From a virus (Duplodnaviria; Caudoviricetes): 64,000 nucleotides of DNA. Both the position numbers and the translations under genes were made by a program. Where the stretch lies: the IMG/VR virus record IMGVR_UViG_3300033073_001332, positions 32,001 to 96,000 of that record, one strand, 5' to 3'. The stretch's first letter is position 1. The number at the start of each line of letters is the position of its first letter. The notes under the pieces are model-generated. The model saw only the letters and a program-made list of their open reading frames with translations. It was not told the DNA's origin and did no database searches. Below, piece by piece: positions 19,301 through 27,457 of this stretch.

Positions 19301-19798
19301 ATGAAAAGAATTGTTAGACTAACAGAAAATGATTTAGCTCGCATCGTTAAGAGAGTTATTTCTGAACAAGCAACTGGAATGGCAGCATTAGGTAAATTTG
19401 GTGACTTTTTAGTGAACGAAAATCATAGAAGTAACCAAACTTCAGCGGGCATCCCTGTTCAAGTATACGCATCTATGGGTTCAACGGCAACTCCAATGAT
19501 GTTGGCGGATGAAAGTGGAAATAAAGTACAAGGTGTTAAAATTGATGTTAACGCGGTTACTTATTCAGTTAACGGTCAAGAAGTTAAAAAAGTGGCATCA
19601 GGGAATATTCCTTTTTATCAAATTTGTGGAGCTCAAGCTAACTTCTTTGCTAAAGATACTATCAAAAGTGTAACTACTGGTGGTGCTGGATATAACTCAA
19701 AACCTAATGGACCTATCCAAACTAAAGCGACTGAAGCTTGTAAAGCTGCTGGGTTCAAAGGACAAATTCAAAAACCAGCAGGTGCTCAACTTGCGTAA
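19301..19798 (+). CDS. Hypothetical protein with MKRIVRLTENDL..IVKRVISE N-terminal leader (putative internal head protein)
   Basis: Leader with L/I-x-E motifs, of a type I recognise from large-phage proteins; TATTTATA at 19252. Confidence 0.6.
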   Translation: MKRIVRLTENDLARIVKRVISEQATGMAALGKFGDFLVNENHRSNQTSAGIPVQVYASMGSTATPMMLADESGNKVQGVKIDVNAVTYSVNGQEVKKVASGNIPFYQICGAQANFFAKDTIKSVTTGGAGYNSKPNGPIQTKATEACKAAGFKGQIQKPAGAQLA

Positions 19799-19822
19799 TT
19801 TATATAAAAACTTTATATAATT

Positions 19823-19849
19823 AAAAACCCCTCCGAAGAGGGGTTTTTT
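19823..19849. terminator. Bidirectional intrinsic terminator
   Basis: aaaaacccctc-cgaa-gaggggtttttt between convergent genes. Confidence 0.85.
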
Positions 19850-19853
19850 GTTT

Positions 19854-20390
19854 TTAGTCGTTAAAAATTTTACTTGGGTCAGGACCTTGAGTAAATAAAC
19901 CGTCAAATGGGTTTGTATCGATTGAGTAAGTAGAACTCATTTTGTTTTTATTCTTCCAAAACACGGTAATCATTGGGTATTTTGGGTTACTATTCAAATT
20001 CAAAATAACGTATTTTTCATTTGTTTTAGAGTATACGTGACTTTTGTCTTCGATTGTTAGGTATGCAAACTCACCATCAGACTCAATACTTTTGATTTTT
20101 GATTTCTTTTGTATGTCGATGACTTCATCACCTTTACCTTTAAGTAAGTAGTCGTGTGTTACAATGTTTGAATCAAAGTCAAAAGTGTAAAGTTGGAAAC
20201 CTTCGTAAATACTATCACTTACTCTATCCTTGAATGAATTTGGTGACATTTCAGTAGAGTTAACTACTTTGAAGCTGTTTACGAATACTTGAAAATTACC
20301 GTTAAGGTTATCTTCTTTAGTATTCATAAAGGTGAAAGCTAAACCGAAGATTGCTGTGAAAGCTAAGAGACCAAAGATTAATTTTTTCAT
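19854..20390 (-). CDS. Secreted/membrane-anchored hypothetical protein
   Basis: N-terminal MKK plus hydrophobic stretch (LIFGLLAFTAIFGLAFTF). Confidence 0.7.
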   Translation of the reverse strand: MKKLIFGLLAFTAIFGLAFTFMNTKEDNLNGNFQVFVNSFKVVNSTEMSPNSFKDRVSDSIYEGFQLYTFDFDSNIVTHDYLLKGKGDEVIDIQKKSKIKSIESDGEFAYLTIEDKSHVYSKTNEKYVILNLNSNPKYPMITVFWKNKNKMSSTYSIDTNPFDGLFTQGPDPSKIFND

Positions 20391-20428
20391 GACTTTTATT
20401 TTTTAGAGGTTAATTAATGATTACACTA

Positions 20429-20459
20429 CAAAGATAGGACCTTTTTTTGATTTGCCAAA
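20429..20459 (-). promoter_or_regulatory. Bacteroidota housekeeping-sigma promoter (-33 TTTG, -7 TATCTTTG)
   Basis: Minus strand reads TTTG-N19-TATCTTTG upstream of 20390, matching the TTTG/TAnnTTTG consensus. Confidence 0.75.
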
Positions 20460-20487
20460 AGATTTTGAAAATATTTTTATTTTTTTT

Positions 20488-20509
20488 ATCCCCACCGTTA
20501 AGTGGGGAT
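20488..20509. terminator. Hairpin just downstream of the tmRNA 3' end
   Basis: atccccac-cgttaa-gtggggat; the U-tail lies on the + strand, so its direction is uncertain. Confidence 0.45.
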
Positions 20510-20515
20510 TTTAAT

Positions 20516-20914
20516 TGGTGGAGGTGGAGGGACTCGAACCCTCGTCCAGCCTATCCTGTCAGATAAGGACTACACGTTTAGGTCAAGGTTTTTCATACCT
20601 TCCGAACTATCCGAGTTTTCACACCGCTCAGCGACGGTGATAGTTCTTTCGGGGAACCATACCCGTTTTGTTTTCTTTTAGAGTGAAAACCAACTCATCT
20701 ACGACTTCTGTTGCTAGGTTATATGTCTGACCGACCCCCCGTTTCCGTGCTTTACTTAAGCTACAGTAACTTGCTCAGTTGCAATTAAACCAACCACTGA
20801 AAGGTTATCAAGTACGTTGCCGTATATAATGTGAATCAGTTTTTAAAGAGATTAATTCAGTCCCTACGTGCCCTTATTCCTCAGCCAATACCTGTCAAAT
20901 CCAAAAACACCCCC
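20516..20914 (-). ncRNA. ssrA: tmRNA (SsrA)
   Basis: 5' GGGGGUGUUUUUGGAUUUGAC and 3' GGACGAGGGUUCGAGUCCCUCCACCUCCACCA; 7-bp acceptor stem with G3-U70; T-arm; encoded CCA; 399 nt; internal tag ORF 20821-20756 GNVLDNLSVVGLIATEQVTVA*. Confidence 0.93.
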
Positions 20915-20936
20915 ATATTTTCAAAGAACTATATTA

Positions 20937-20967
20937 CAAAGATAAGTATTTTCTTTTATCTTTTCAA
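20937..20967 (-). promoter_or_regulatory. Bacteroidota-type promoter of tmRNA
   Basis: Minus strand TTG-N20-TATCTTTG, ending 22 nt upstream of the mature 5' end. Confidence 0.6.
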
Positions 20968-20982
20968 TATATTTATAAATAC

Positions 20983-22152
20983 ATGCGAAAAATATTAGAT
21001 ATTTTTGAACAAGAGGAAGATGATGTAGAATTGACTGACTACGAAAAAATTCTTGCACTTAATAAAAGAAAGATTAGTCCATATGATGTAGAGTTTTATG
21101 ATTCTGAGGGTAAGGATTACAGTGATGTGATTGAGGTTACCCAAGATGGTCTTATTTTTACTTTTGATGGTCTTGATGAATATTTAAGATTTTTCTTTCC
21201 TGAGGAATTTGGTGATGAGGGTACAGATGCATGGTATGAAGCTGGATACTTAGATTCTATGTATCGAGGTAATTGGGATTGGGATTATTGGGATAGAAGT
21301 AATGATGATTGGGATGAAGGGTATGTTATTGACTCTATTAGAGGAGAATCTAGAAATGTATTATATCAAATATTACAAAAAACTTCACCATCTTTATCAA
21401 AAAACATTAAAGTGGACACAGAAGGTAATCTCAGATTTACCGATACATTAAATCAAGAAGTAAGTGATTTTATTGAAATATTAAGTGAGAAAACTAAAGA
21501 TGAGCTTATATCTGCATATGTTTATGCAAATGAAATTGCAAATAGAGAAGCCACTCCAAAATATTTAGAAGACCATTATTGTGACGGATTAAAAGATATT
21601 GGTATTGAAAGATACTCAAACAAATATTGTTTTTGGAAATATGAATTATCTTGGGGACCTGCAATTATGTTATTTGTAAGACATGGCTCTCCTGATGATA
21701 ACTTACTTGATTTAATGTTTGAGGCAATAAGAAAAGATTTTAGAAACCACACATCAGATTACTATGAAATTCAATATGAAGCGTGGGATAATGATGCATT
21801 TAAAGAATACTTTGGTAAAAAATCTTTATCAATACTTCAAAATCTACTTTCTGAACTTGAAGAAGAAGATGAAGATAACCCAAGCCAATTTAAAAAATAC
21901 CTTAAAATATTAGAAATAATAAATAATAAAATCGGGTTCAATACATGGAAAAAACTACCAACACCTAGTGAAAATGGCGGTTACCCATATCAATTATTAA
22001 TTGATGATGTTGATAAAGATACATTACTTATTCGTTACAATGTAAAAAATATTTTAAGTCATGGTGTTAAAGTCGGTAGAGTTCCTTTAGAAACTATATT
22101 TGATATGTTGAACTCCCCCCAACTATTTGACCCCACAGAATTTAGGTCCTAA
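20983..22152 (+). CDS. Acidic hypothetical protein
   Basis: 389-aa ORF; TATTTATA at 20970. Confidence 0.75.
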   Translation: MRKILDIFEQEEDDVELTDYEKILALNKRKISPYDVEFYDSEGKDYSDVIEVTQDGLIFTFDGLDEYLRFFFPEEFGDEGTDAWYEAGYLDSMYRGNWDWDYWDRSNDDWDEGYVIDSIRGESRNVLYQILQKTSPSLSKNIKVDTEGNLRFTDTLNQEVSDFIEILSEKTKDELISAYVYANEIANREATPKYLEDHYCDGLKDIGIERYSNKYCFWKYELSWGPAIMLFVRHGSPDDNLLDLMFEAIRKDFRNHTSDYYEIQYEAWDNDAFKEYFGKKSLSILQNLLSELEEEDEDNPSQFKKYLKILEIINNKIGFNTWKKLPTPSENGGYPYQLLIDDVDKDTLLIRYNVKNILSHGVKVGRVPLETIFDMLNSPQLFDPTEFRS

Positions 22153-23201
22153 TAATTTTTCATCAATCTATCTCTAATAATTTCATAAAGAGATACTAAG
22201 TCCTCATCAGGGATAAATAAAAATCCATCGTCGTAAGCATCACTTAATGTGATACCATCTTTTTCTTCATATACGTCTACAGAATCTAAACGATGAAAAG
22301 TTTCTTCGGGGACATCAAATACATCCGTATCTAAATTTTCTACAAGTGAGTTCATAATTAATTGTGGTGTGTATTTAATTGGTGAATATTGGTATGTATA
22401 TTTTTTAAGACCTAAAACCTCTACCATTTTCTTTCCAGCCTTGATTGCGTTTTCAACGTCTTCTAAGGATACAAACTCTTGTGCTGAGTGCATATTGTAA
22501 TAACCACAAGACATGTTGATACAAGAAACGTCAATCTTCTTTTTAAGTTGTGAAATATCGGTATAAGGGTGAGATTGAACTAACATCTCATTTCCAAAAG
22601 ATTCTGTAATAACTTCTAATGATTTTTGAAAAAATTCACTTTCACGTTCAAACAAACGAACTCCCGAGCAAATCTCGGTAATTAAGTGATTACCTGGTGC
22701 ATCATATTGAGTAATATACCCAACATCCTGTAGAAAGTTTTCATCACATTTTGATGACCCGTGACAACCAGTTTCTTCTGATACAAAAAAACCAACTTTC
22801 ACTTTATCCAATTGTTTTAACAATTCAAGACAAATAAAAATACCACACTTATCATCACCACCAATACCGGTTGGGTTATCGTTTGTGTCATAAGCCTTCA
22901 ATACGTCTACCGGTGTGTCGTCAAAGGATTTACCGAACGTATACGGACGAACAAGTTTTTCTTCTTTTACTACAATCTTTTCAATTTTGCTGTGTACCGT
23001 ATCGGTATGTGCAATAAACATAGGAAAATATTCACCTTCTTCTAACACACCTTTTGTTGCGTAGATGTTCATCATTATATCACGATAGAAAGTAACCCCT
23101 TCCATGACTCCCAATTCGTTACAAATAAACTCCACCATATCTTCTTCTTGATATGTTTTGCTTGGGACTGAAAGGAGTTCTTTAAATTTTTCTATGTTCA
23201 T
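22149..23201 (-). CDS. Zinc peptidase, M28/M20/M42 clan
   Basis: AHTDTVH, GGDDKCG, SEETGC, YDAPG, YYNMHS metal-ligand motifs; start probably MNIEK at 23201. Confidence 0.85.
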   Translation of the reverse strand: MNIEKFKELLSVPSKTYQEEDMVEFICNELGVMEGVTFYRDIMMNIYATKGVLEEGEYFPMFIAHTDTVHSKIEKIVVKEEKLVRPYTFGKSFDDTPVDVLKAYDTNDNPTGIGGDDKCGIFICLELLKQLDKVKVGFFVSEETGCHGSSKCDENFLQDVGYITQYDAPGNHLITEICSGVRLFERESEFFQKSLEVITESFGNEMLVQSHPYTDISQLKKKIDVSCINMSCGYYNMHSAQEFVSLEDVENAIKAGKKMVEVLGLKKYTYQYSPIKYTPQLIMNSLVENLDTDVFDVPEETFHRLDSVDVYEEKDGITLSDAYDDGFLFIPDEDLVSLYEIIRDRLMKNY

Positions 23202-23214
23202 CTCGATTTTTTTA

Positions 23215-23245
23215 CAAATGTACAAAAGTTTTTAACATTTGCAAA
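23215..23245 (-). promoter_or_regulatory. Bacteroidota housekeeping-sigma promoter
   Basis: Minus strand TTTG-N19-TACATTTG directly upstream of the peptidase. Confidence 0.75.
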
Positions 23246-23246
23246 A

Positions 23247-25286
23247 TTATTTCTTTCTTTTTGTGGGTTTTTTTATTTTAACGTCAGTTTTCTTTTCCTT
23301 CTCGTTGTAAGTTAGAACAAACTTGGAACCTTTTTCAGGGTTATCAGTTAATATCTTTTCTGTGATGGCATCATCCACCCATTTTTGTACTGTACGTTTT
23401 AGAATACGTGCTCCAAAACGAGTATCGGTACCAACTTCAATTAGGTGTTTTTTCAATACATCATCTACCTCAGCAGAAAACTCTAACTTCTCAATTCTTT
23501 CATAAAACTTATCAAGTTCCAAATCAACAATTTTTAATAAGTCATCTTGATTCAAATCTTTGAAGTAGATGATATCATCAAATCTGTTGATGAACTCAGG
23601 TGCAAATTTTTTGAATAATTCTTTTTCTAATAAAGATTTAATTTCTTCATCTTTTCTTTCGGTCTTTGCAGTTGTAGAGAACCCTACACCCGAACCAAAG
23701 TCTTGTACTACTTTTGTACCGACATTAGATGTCATTAAAATGATACAATTTTTGAAATTGATTTTTCTTCCATGTCCATCAGTCAACATACCTTCATCTA
23801 ACATCTGTAGAAACACATTAAAGATTTCAGGATGTGCTTTTTCAATCTCGTCTAAAAGGATAACTGAATATGGTTTGTTTTTAATTTTATTCAAAAACGG
23901 TGAACCTTCTTCATATCCAACATAACCTGGTGATGTTCCTGTTAGTTTTGACGTTGAGATTTTATCTGTGTATTCACTCATGTCCAATCGGATAAGAGCA
24001 TCTTCACTATTGAACATGTGTTTTGCTAATTGTTTCGCCAACTCAGTTTTACCAACACCTGAGTTACCAATTAACAATCCACTAAAGATTGGTTTTTTAG
24101 GGTCACTTAATCCAACTTTATTTCTTTGAATTGCTCTTGAAATTTTTGCGACAGCATCTTCCTGACCAATTACTCTTGTTGAAAGTGTGTCCTTAAGTGT
24201 AATCAACTGACTTGTTTCATCCGTACTAATTTTGTTGATTGGAATTTTTGTCATCAAAGATACCACGTCATAAACAACATCCTCAGTTACTTCACGACGA
24301 TACAAATCACGATTTTTCTCAAAGTTTTGTTTTTCAGCCTCAAGTTCTGCTAATACCTTTCTTTCTTTATCACGAAGATTTGCGGCTTCCTCATACTTTT
24401 GTTTATTGATTACGTCTAACTTTTCTTCTTTGATTTTCTGTGCTTCTTTTTTAAGTTGCTCAATAATTTCAGGTAGTTTGATTTCCACTTGTGAACGAGC
24501 TCCAACCTCATCAATAATATCAAATGCCTTATCAGGGAATTCACGGTCAGTAATATACCTATCTGCTAATTCAACACACAATTTCAAAATGTCATCACTA
24601 TATGTTACTTTGTGATGGTTTTCATAACGGTCTTTTGATTGTTGAAGAATCTGTAATGTTTCTTCTTTGGAAGATGGGTCAACTACCACTTTTTGAAAAC
24701 GTCTTTCTAACGCCCCATCCTTTTCAATATTTTTACGATATTCTTCTAATGTCGTAGCACCAATACATTGTAATTCACCACGAGATAATGCCGGTTTGAA
24801 GATGTTTGATGCATCCATTGAACCTGATGAGTTACCTGCACCAATCATAGTGTGGATTTCATCGATAAAAACAATAATGTCGGGGTGATTGTATAACTCC
24901 TCCATAATTACTTTCATACGCTCCTCAAATTGACCTCTATACTTTGTTCCTGCAACAACTGAAGTCATATCTAAAGAAACTATTCTTTTACCTTGTAAAT
25001 TTTGAGGACAATCACCTTCAAAAATTTTCTTGGCTAAACCTTCCACAATTGCAGTTTTACCACAACCTGGTTCACCAATAATAATCGGGTTATTTTTCTT
25101 TCTCCTTGAAAGAATTTGTGCGATACGATTAATTTCATTTTCCCTACCGACAACAGGGTCCAACTTACCTTCTTCCGCCGCTTTTATTAAATCACGTGAG
25201 AAGTTATCCAATACAGGAGTTTTACTTGAACCGTCTTGTTGTGTTTTGTTTTTTGGTTTTTCGTTTCCGTCTGCTGAGTCAATCAT
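23247..25286 (-). CDS. clpC: ClpC-type AAA+ unfoldase lacking the N-terminal Clp repeat domain
   Basis: GEPGCGKT/FIDEIH and GNSGVGKT/LLDEIEK; UVR middle domain (QKYEEAANLRDKE); VGF ClpP-docking loop. Confidence 0.92.
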   Translation of the reverse strand: MIDSADGNEKPKNKTQQDGSSKTPVLDNFSRDLIKAAEEGKLDPVVGRENEINRIAQILSRRKKNNPIIIGEPGCGKTAIVEGLAKKIFEGDCPQNLQGKRIVSLDMTSVVAGTKYRGQFEERMKVIMEELYNHPDIIVFIDEIHTMIGAGNSSGSMDASNIFKPALSRGELQCIGATTLEEYRKNIEKDGALERRFQKVVVDPSSKEETLQILQQSKDRYENHHKVTYSDDILKLCVELADRYITDREFPDKAFDIIDEVGARSQVEIKLPEIIEQLKKEAQKIKEEKLDVINKQKYEEAANLRDKERKVLAELEAEKQNFEKNRDLYRREVTEDVVYDVVSLMTKIPINKISTDETSQLITLKDTLSTRVIGQEDAVAKISRAIQRNKVGLSDPKKPIFSGLLIGNSGVGKTELAKQLAKHMFNSEDALIRLDMSEYTDKISTSKLTGTSPGYVGYEEGSPFLNKIKNKPYSVILLDEIEKAHPEIFNVFLQMLDEGMLTDGHGRKINFKNCIILMTSNVGTKVVQDFGSGVGFSTTAKTERKDEEIKSLLEKELFKKFAPEFINRFDDIIYFKDLNQDDLLKIVDLELDKFYERIEKLEFSAEVDDVLKKHLIEVGTDTRFGARILKRTVQKWVDDAITEKILTDNPEKGSKFVLTYNEKEKKTDVKIKKPTKRKK

Positions 25287-25348
25287 AGTTTTGTTTTTTT
25301 TGTAAAATTAACCTTTCTATTTAGAATAATCAATTATTTAATGAATTT

Positions 25349-25420
25349 TGACGAATTGTCAGTAGTAAATAATAATATACTGACATAATGTCATATTTTA
25401 TGTATTGGCACATATTTCGT
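25349..25420 (+). promoter_or_regulatory. Paired TGAC-N5-GTCA palindromes plus sigma54-like TGGCAC element
   Basis: tgacgaattgtca at 25349-25361, tgacataatgtca at 25381-25393, ttggcacatatttcgt at 25405-25420. Confidence 0.5.
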
Positions 25421-25460
25421 ACAAAGATACGAAAATAAACTTAATAAATGAAAAAATAAT

Positions 25461-25829
25461 ATGTTTAATTGGAATGAATTTGATAAAATGTTTGATGAGA
25501 TGTTTTCTATGAGGTCTAATTTTTTTAATGACAATAATTGGAACAAGAAAACTTATAAATCACCTGACGGTAGGTATTCATTTACCTATATGTCAAGGGG
25601 ATTTGATAACAAATCAACAGATGAGTTGGATGAAATGAAACGTAAATTAGAATTGGCAGTTGAAGAGCAAGATTTTGAAAAGGCGGTAGAATTAAGAGAC
25701 AAAATTAAAAGTTTAGAAAAAAACAAAGAAAAGATTTCAGAGTTAGAGAAAAAACTAAGTGAATGTGTTGAAAAACAAGATTATGAAAAGGCGATAGAAT
25801 ACCGTGACAAAATAAAAGCTCTCAAATAA
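25461..25829 (+). CDS. Tandem UVR (UvrB/UvrC) coiled-coil protein, candidate ClpC adaptor
   Basis: LELAVEEQDFEKAVELRDKI and LSECVEKQDYEKAIEYRDKI; divergent from clpC. Confidence 0.8.
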   Translation: MFNWNEFDKMFDEMFSMRSNFFNDNNWNKKTYKSPDGRYSFTYMSRGFDNKSTDELDEMKRKLELAVEEQDFEKAVELRDKIKSLEKNKEKISELEKKLSECVEKQDYEKAIEYRDKIKALK

Positions 25830-25834
25830 AAAAG

Positions 25835-25860
25835 TCCACCTTCGGGTGGATTTTTTTTTT
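25835..25860 (+). terminator. Intrinsic terminator
   Basis: tccacc-ttcg-ggtgga followed by T10. Confidence 0.9.
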
Positions 25861-25875
25861 CGTATATTTATAGTT

Positions 25876-26184
25876 ATGAAATCTTGGAAAAAATTTGCGG
25901 ACACCTTAGAACTAACAAAAGATTTAGAACAGAACTATTACGAGATGAGAAAAATCTTTCAAAGAGAAGGGTGGACAGAAGAAGAGTTATCAAGTCCAAG
26001 ATACTTTCCCCAAGATTTACTGAATTTACATTCTACGTTTATGCCTAGATTGTTGGGGATTATAAAAACAATTGGAGAATATGGTTTTGATGTTGACAGA
26101 GATGAGATTAATGGATATATTATGGATAAACTTCGTCACATAGATGACATAACTCCATTAAGAAAATCAGATGGCAATAACTAA
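25876..26184 (+). CDS. Hypothetical protein
   Basis: ATG 25876 lies 3 nt after TATTTATA; the longer GTG start falls inside the terminator. Confidence 0.7.
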   Translation: MKSWKKFADTLELTKDLEQNYYEMRKIFQREGWTEEELSSPRYFPQDLLNLHSTFMPRLLGIIKTIGEYGFDVDRDEINGYIMDKLRHIDDITPLRKSDGNN

Positions 26185-26425
26185 AACAGAAATACTTGGC
26201 ACAAAAATTATTTGTGAAATTGAATCGTCAAATTTAATAAAAACAGAATACGACTCTGAGACAAGTAAACTTATAGCAACATTCAAAAACGGTATGATGT
26301 ATGAATATGAGGAAGTCCCTCACAAAATTTATGCTCAATTTAGACTGGCAGAATCACAAGGAAAATATTTCAATACAGAAATAGCTAAGGCTTACAAATA
26401 CAAAAAATTGGAAGAATTAGAATAA
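26171..26425 (+). CDS. KTSC domain protein
   Basis: SSNL....YD.....L...FKNG..YEY..VP...Y..F..AES.GKYFN..I. Confidence 0.88.
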   Translation: MAITKTEILGTKIICEIESSNLIKTEYDSETSKLIATFKNGMMYEYEEVPHKIYAQFRLAESQGKYFNTEIAKAYKYKKLEELE

Positions 26426-26442
26426 CCTATGTATTTATAGGT

Positions 26443-27216
26443 ATGGAAAGTGATAGTAAAATCATTAATAGTTTTTATCTACAAGACGAATTAAACCCCG
26501 ACATTTGGTATCTACCAAAAGAAAAGTACATGGGGGACCCTGATGGTCAAGAAGAAAAATTAAAACCAGAAGTAAGAGCAAGGTTACTAAAAGTTGCTGA
26601 AATATTTTTGGATTATATAGACATCGACATTCATGTTCATGATATTATTTTAATTGGTTCATTAACAGGATATAATTGGTCTGAGTTTTCTGATTTTGAT
26701 GTACATATACTTTATGACTTCACCGATGCTGGTGAAAATTCAGAATTATACAAAGAACTTTTTCATCTTAAAAAAACCGTGTTCAATGCAAAACACGATA
26801 TAAAAATAAAAGGTTTTGAAGTGGAGGTTTTCGTACAAGATTTAAATGAAAAAGAAACTAGTGTAGGTTCATATTCCGTTTTATATGATAAGTGGATAAG
26901 ATATCCAGAAAAAGAAGAATTCAAGGTCGATAAAAAACAAATCAAAGAAAAGGCTCAACAATGGATGGACATTATTGATGGTGTTTTAGAAAACGCAGAA
27001 GATGAAGACCTTAATGATGCAATTAAATTAGTTGCGAAATATAGAGACAAGTTAAGAAAGTATAGAACTTGTGGTTTAAAAAAAGAGGGAGAATATTCCT
27101 ATGAAAATTTAGTTTTCAAATTCCTTAGAAGGAATGGTTATATTTCAAAATTAGAAGACTTCAAAAACAAAATTACTGACAAAAAATTATCGTTAGAACA
27201 AGAAAATGGCGAATAA
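26443..27216 (+). CDS. Pol-beta-superfamily nucleotidyltransferase
   Basis: IGSLTGYNWSEFSDFDVH (hGS...DhD) and EVEVFVQD. Confidence 0.75.
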   Translation: MESDSKIINSFYLQDELNPDIWYLPKEKYMGDPDGQEEKLKPEVRARLLKVAEIFLDYIDIDIHVHDIILIGSLTGYNWSEFSDFDVHILYDFTDAGENSELYKELFHLKKTVFNAKHDIKIKGFEVEVFVQDLNEKETSVGSYSVLYDKWIRYPEKEEFKVDKKQIKEKAQQWMDIIDGVLENAEDEDLNDAIKLVAKYRDKLRKYRTCGLKKEGEYSYENLVFKFLRRNGYISKLEDFKNKITDKKLSLEQENGE

Positions 27217-27259
27217 TTGAAAATTATCAATTAATGATATATTTATATAGAAAAATATT

Positions 27260-27445
27260 ATGCCAACAACAGCTTGCACATCGTATTATACTACCACAAT
27301 AACAGGTTACAATCCCGCTTCGGGTGATACTGTTGGTTCAATAGTTACATTTTACGCACCTAAACCTGTATGGGGAACGGAAACAAATGCGACTAATTTA
27401 CAATGTAATGCTGTGACGCTTGGCGGAAATGGATTAAACAATTAA
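27260..27445 (+). CDS. Small Thr-rich putative virion protein
   Basis: 61 aa; TATTTATA at 27240. Confidence 0.65.
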   Translation: MPTTACTSYYTTTITGYNPASGDTVGSIVTFYAPKPVWGTETNATNLQCNAVTLGGNGLNN

Positions 27446-27457
27446 AAAAAAATAGAA

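Noticed and set aside
20516-20550. Stand-alone tRNA
   Set aside because: No adjacent anticodon or D arm; the acceptor partner is ~400 nt away, as in tmRNA
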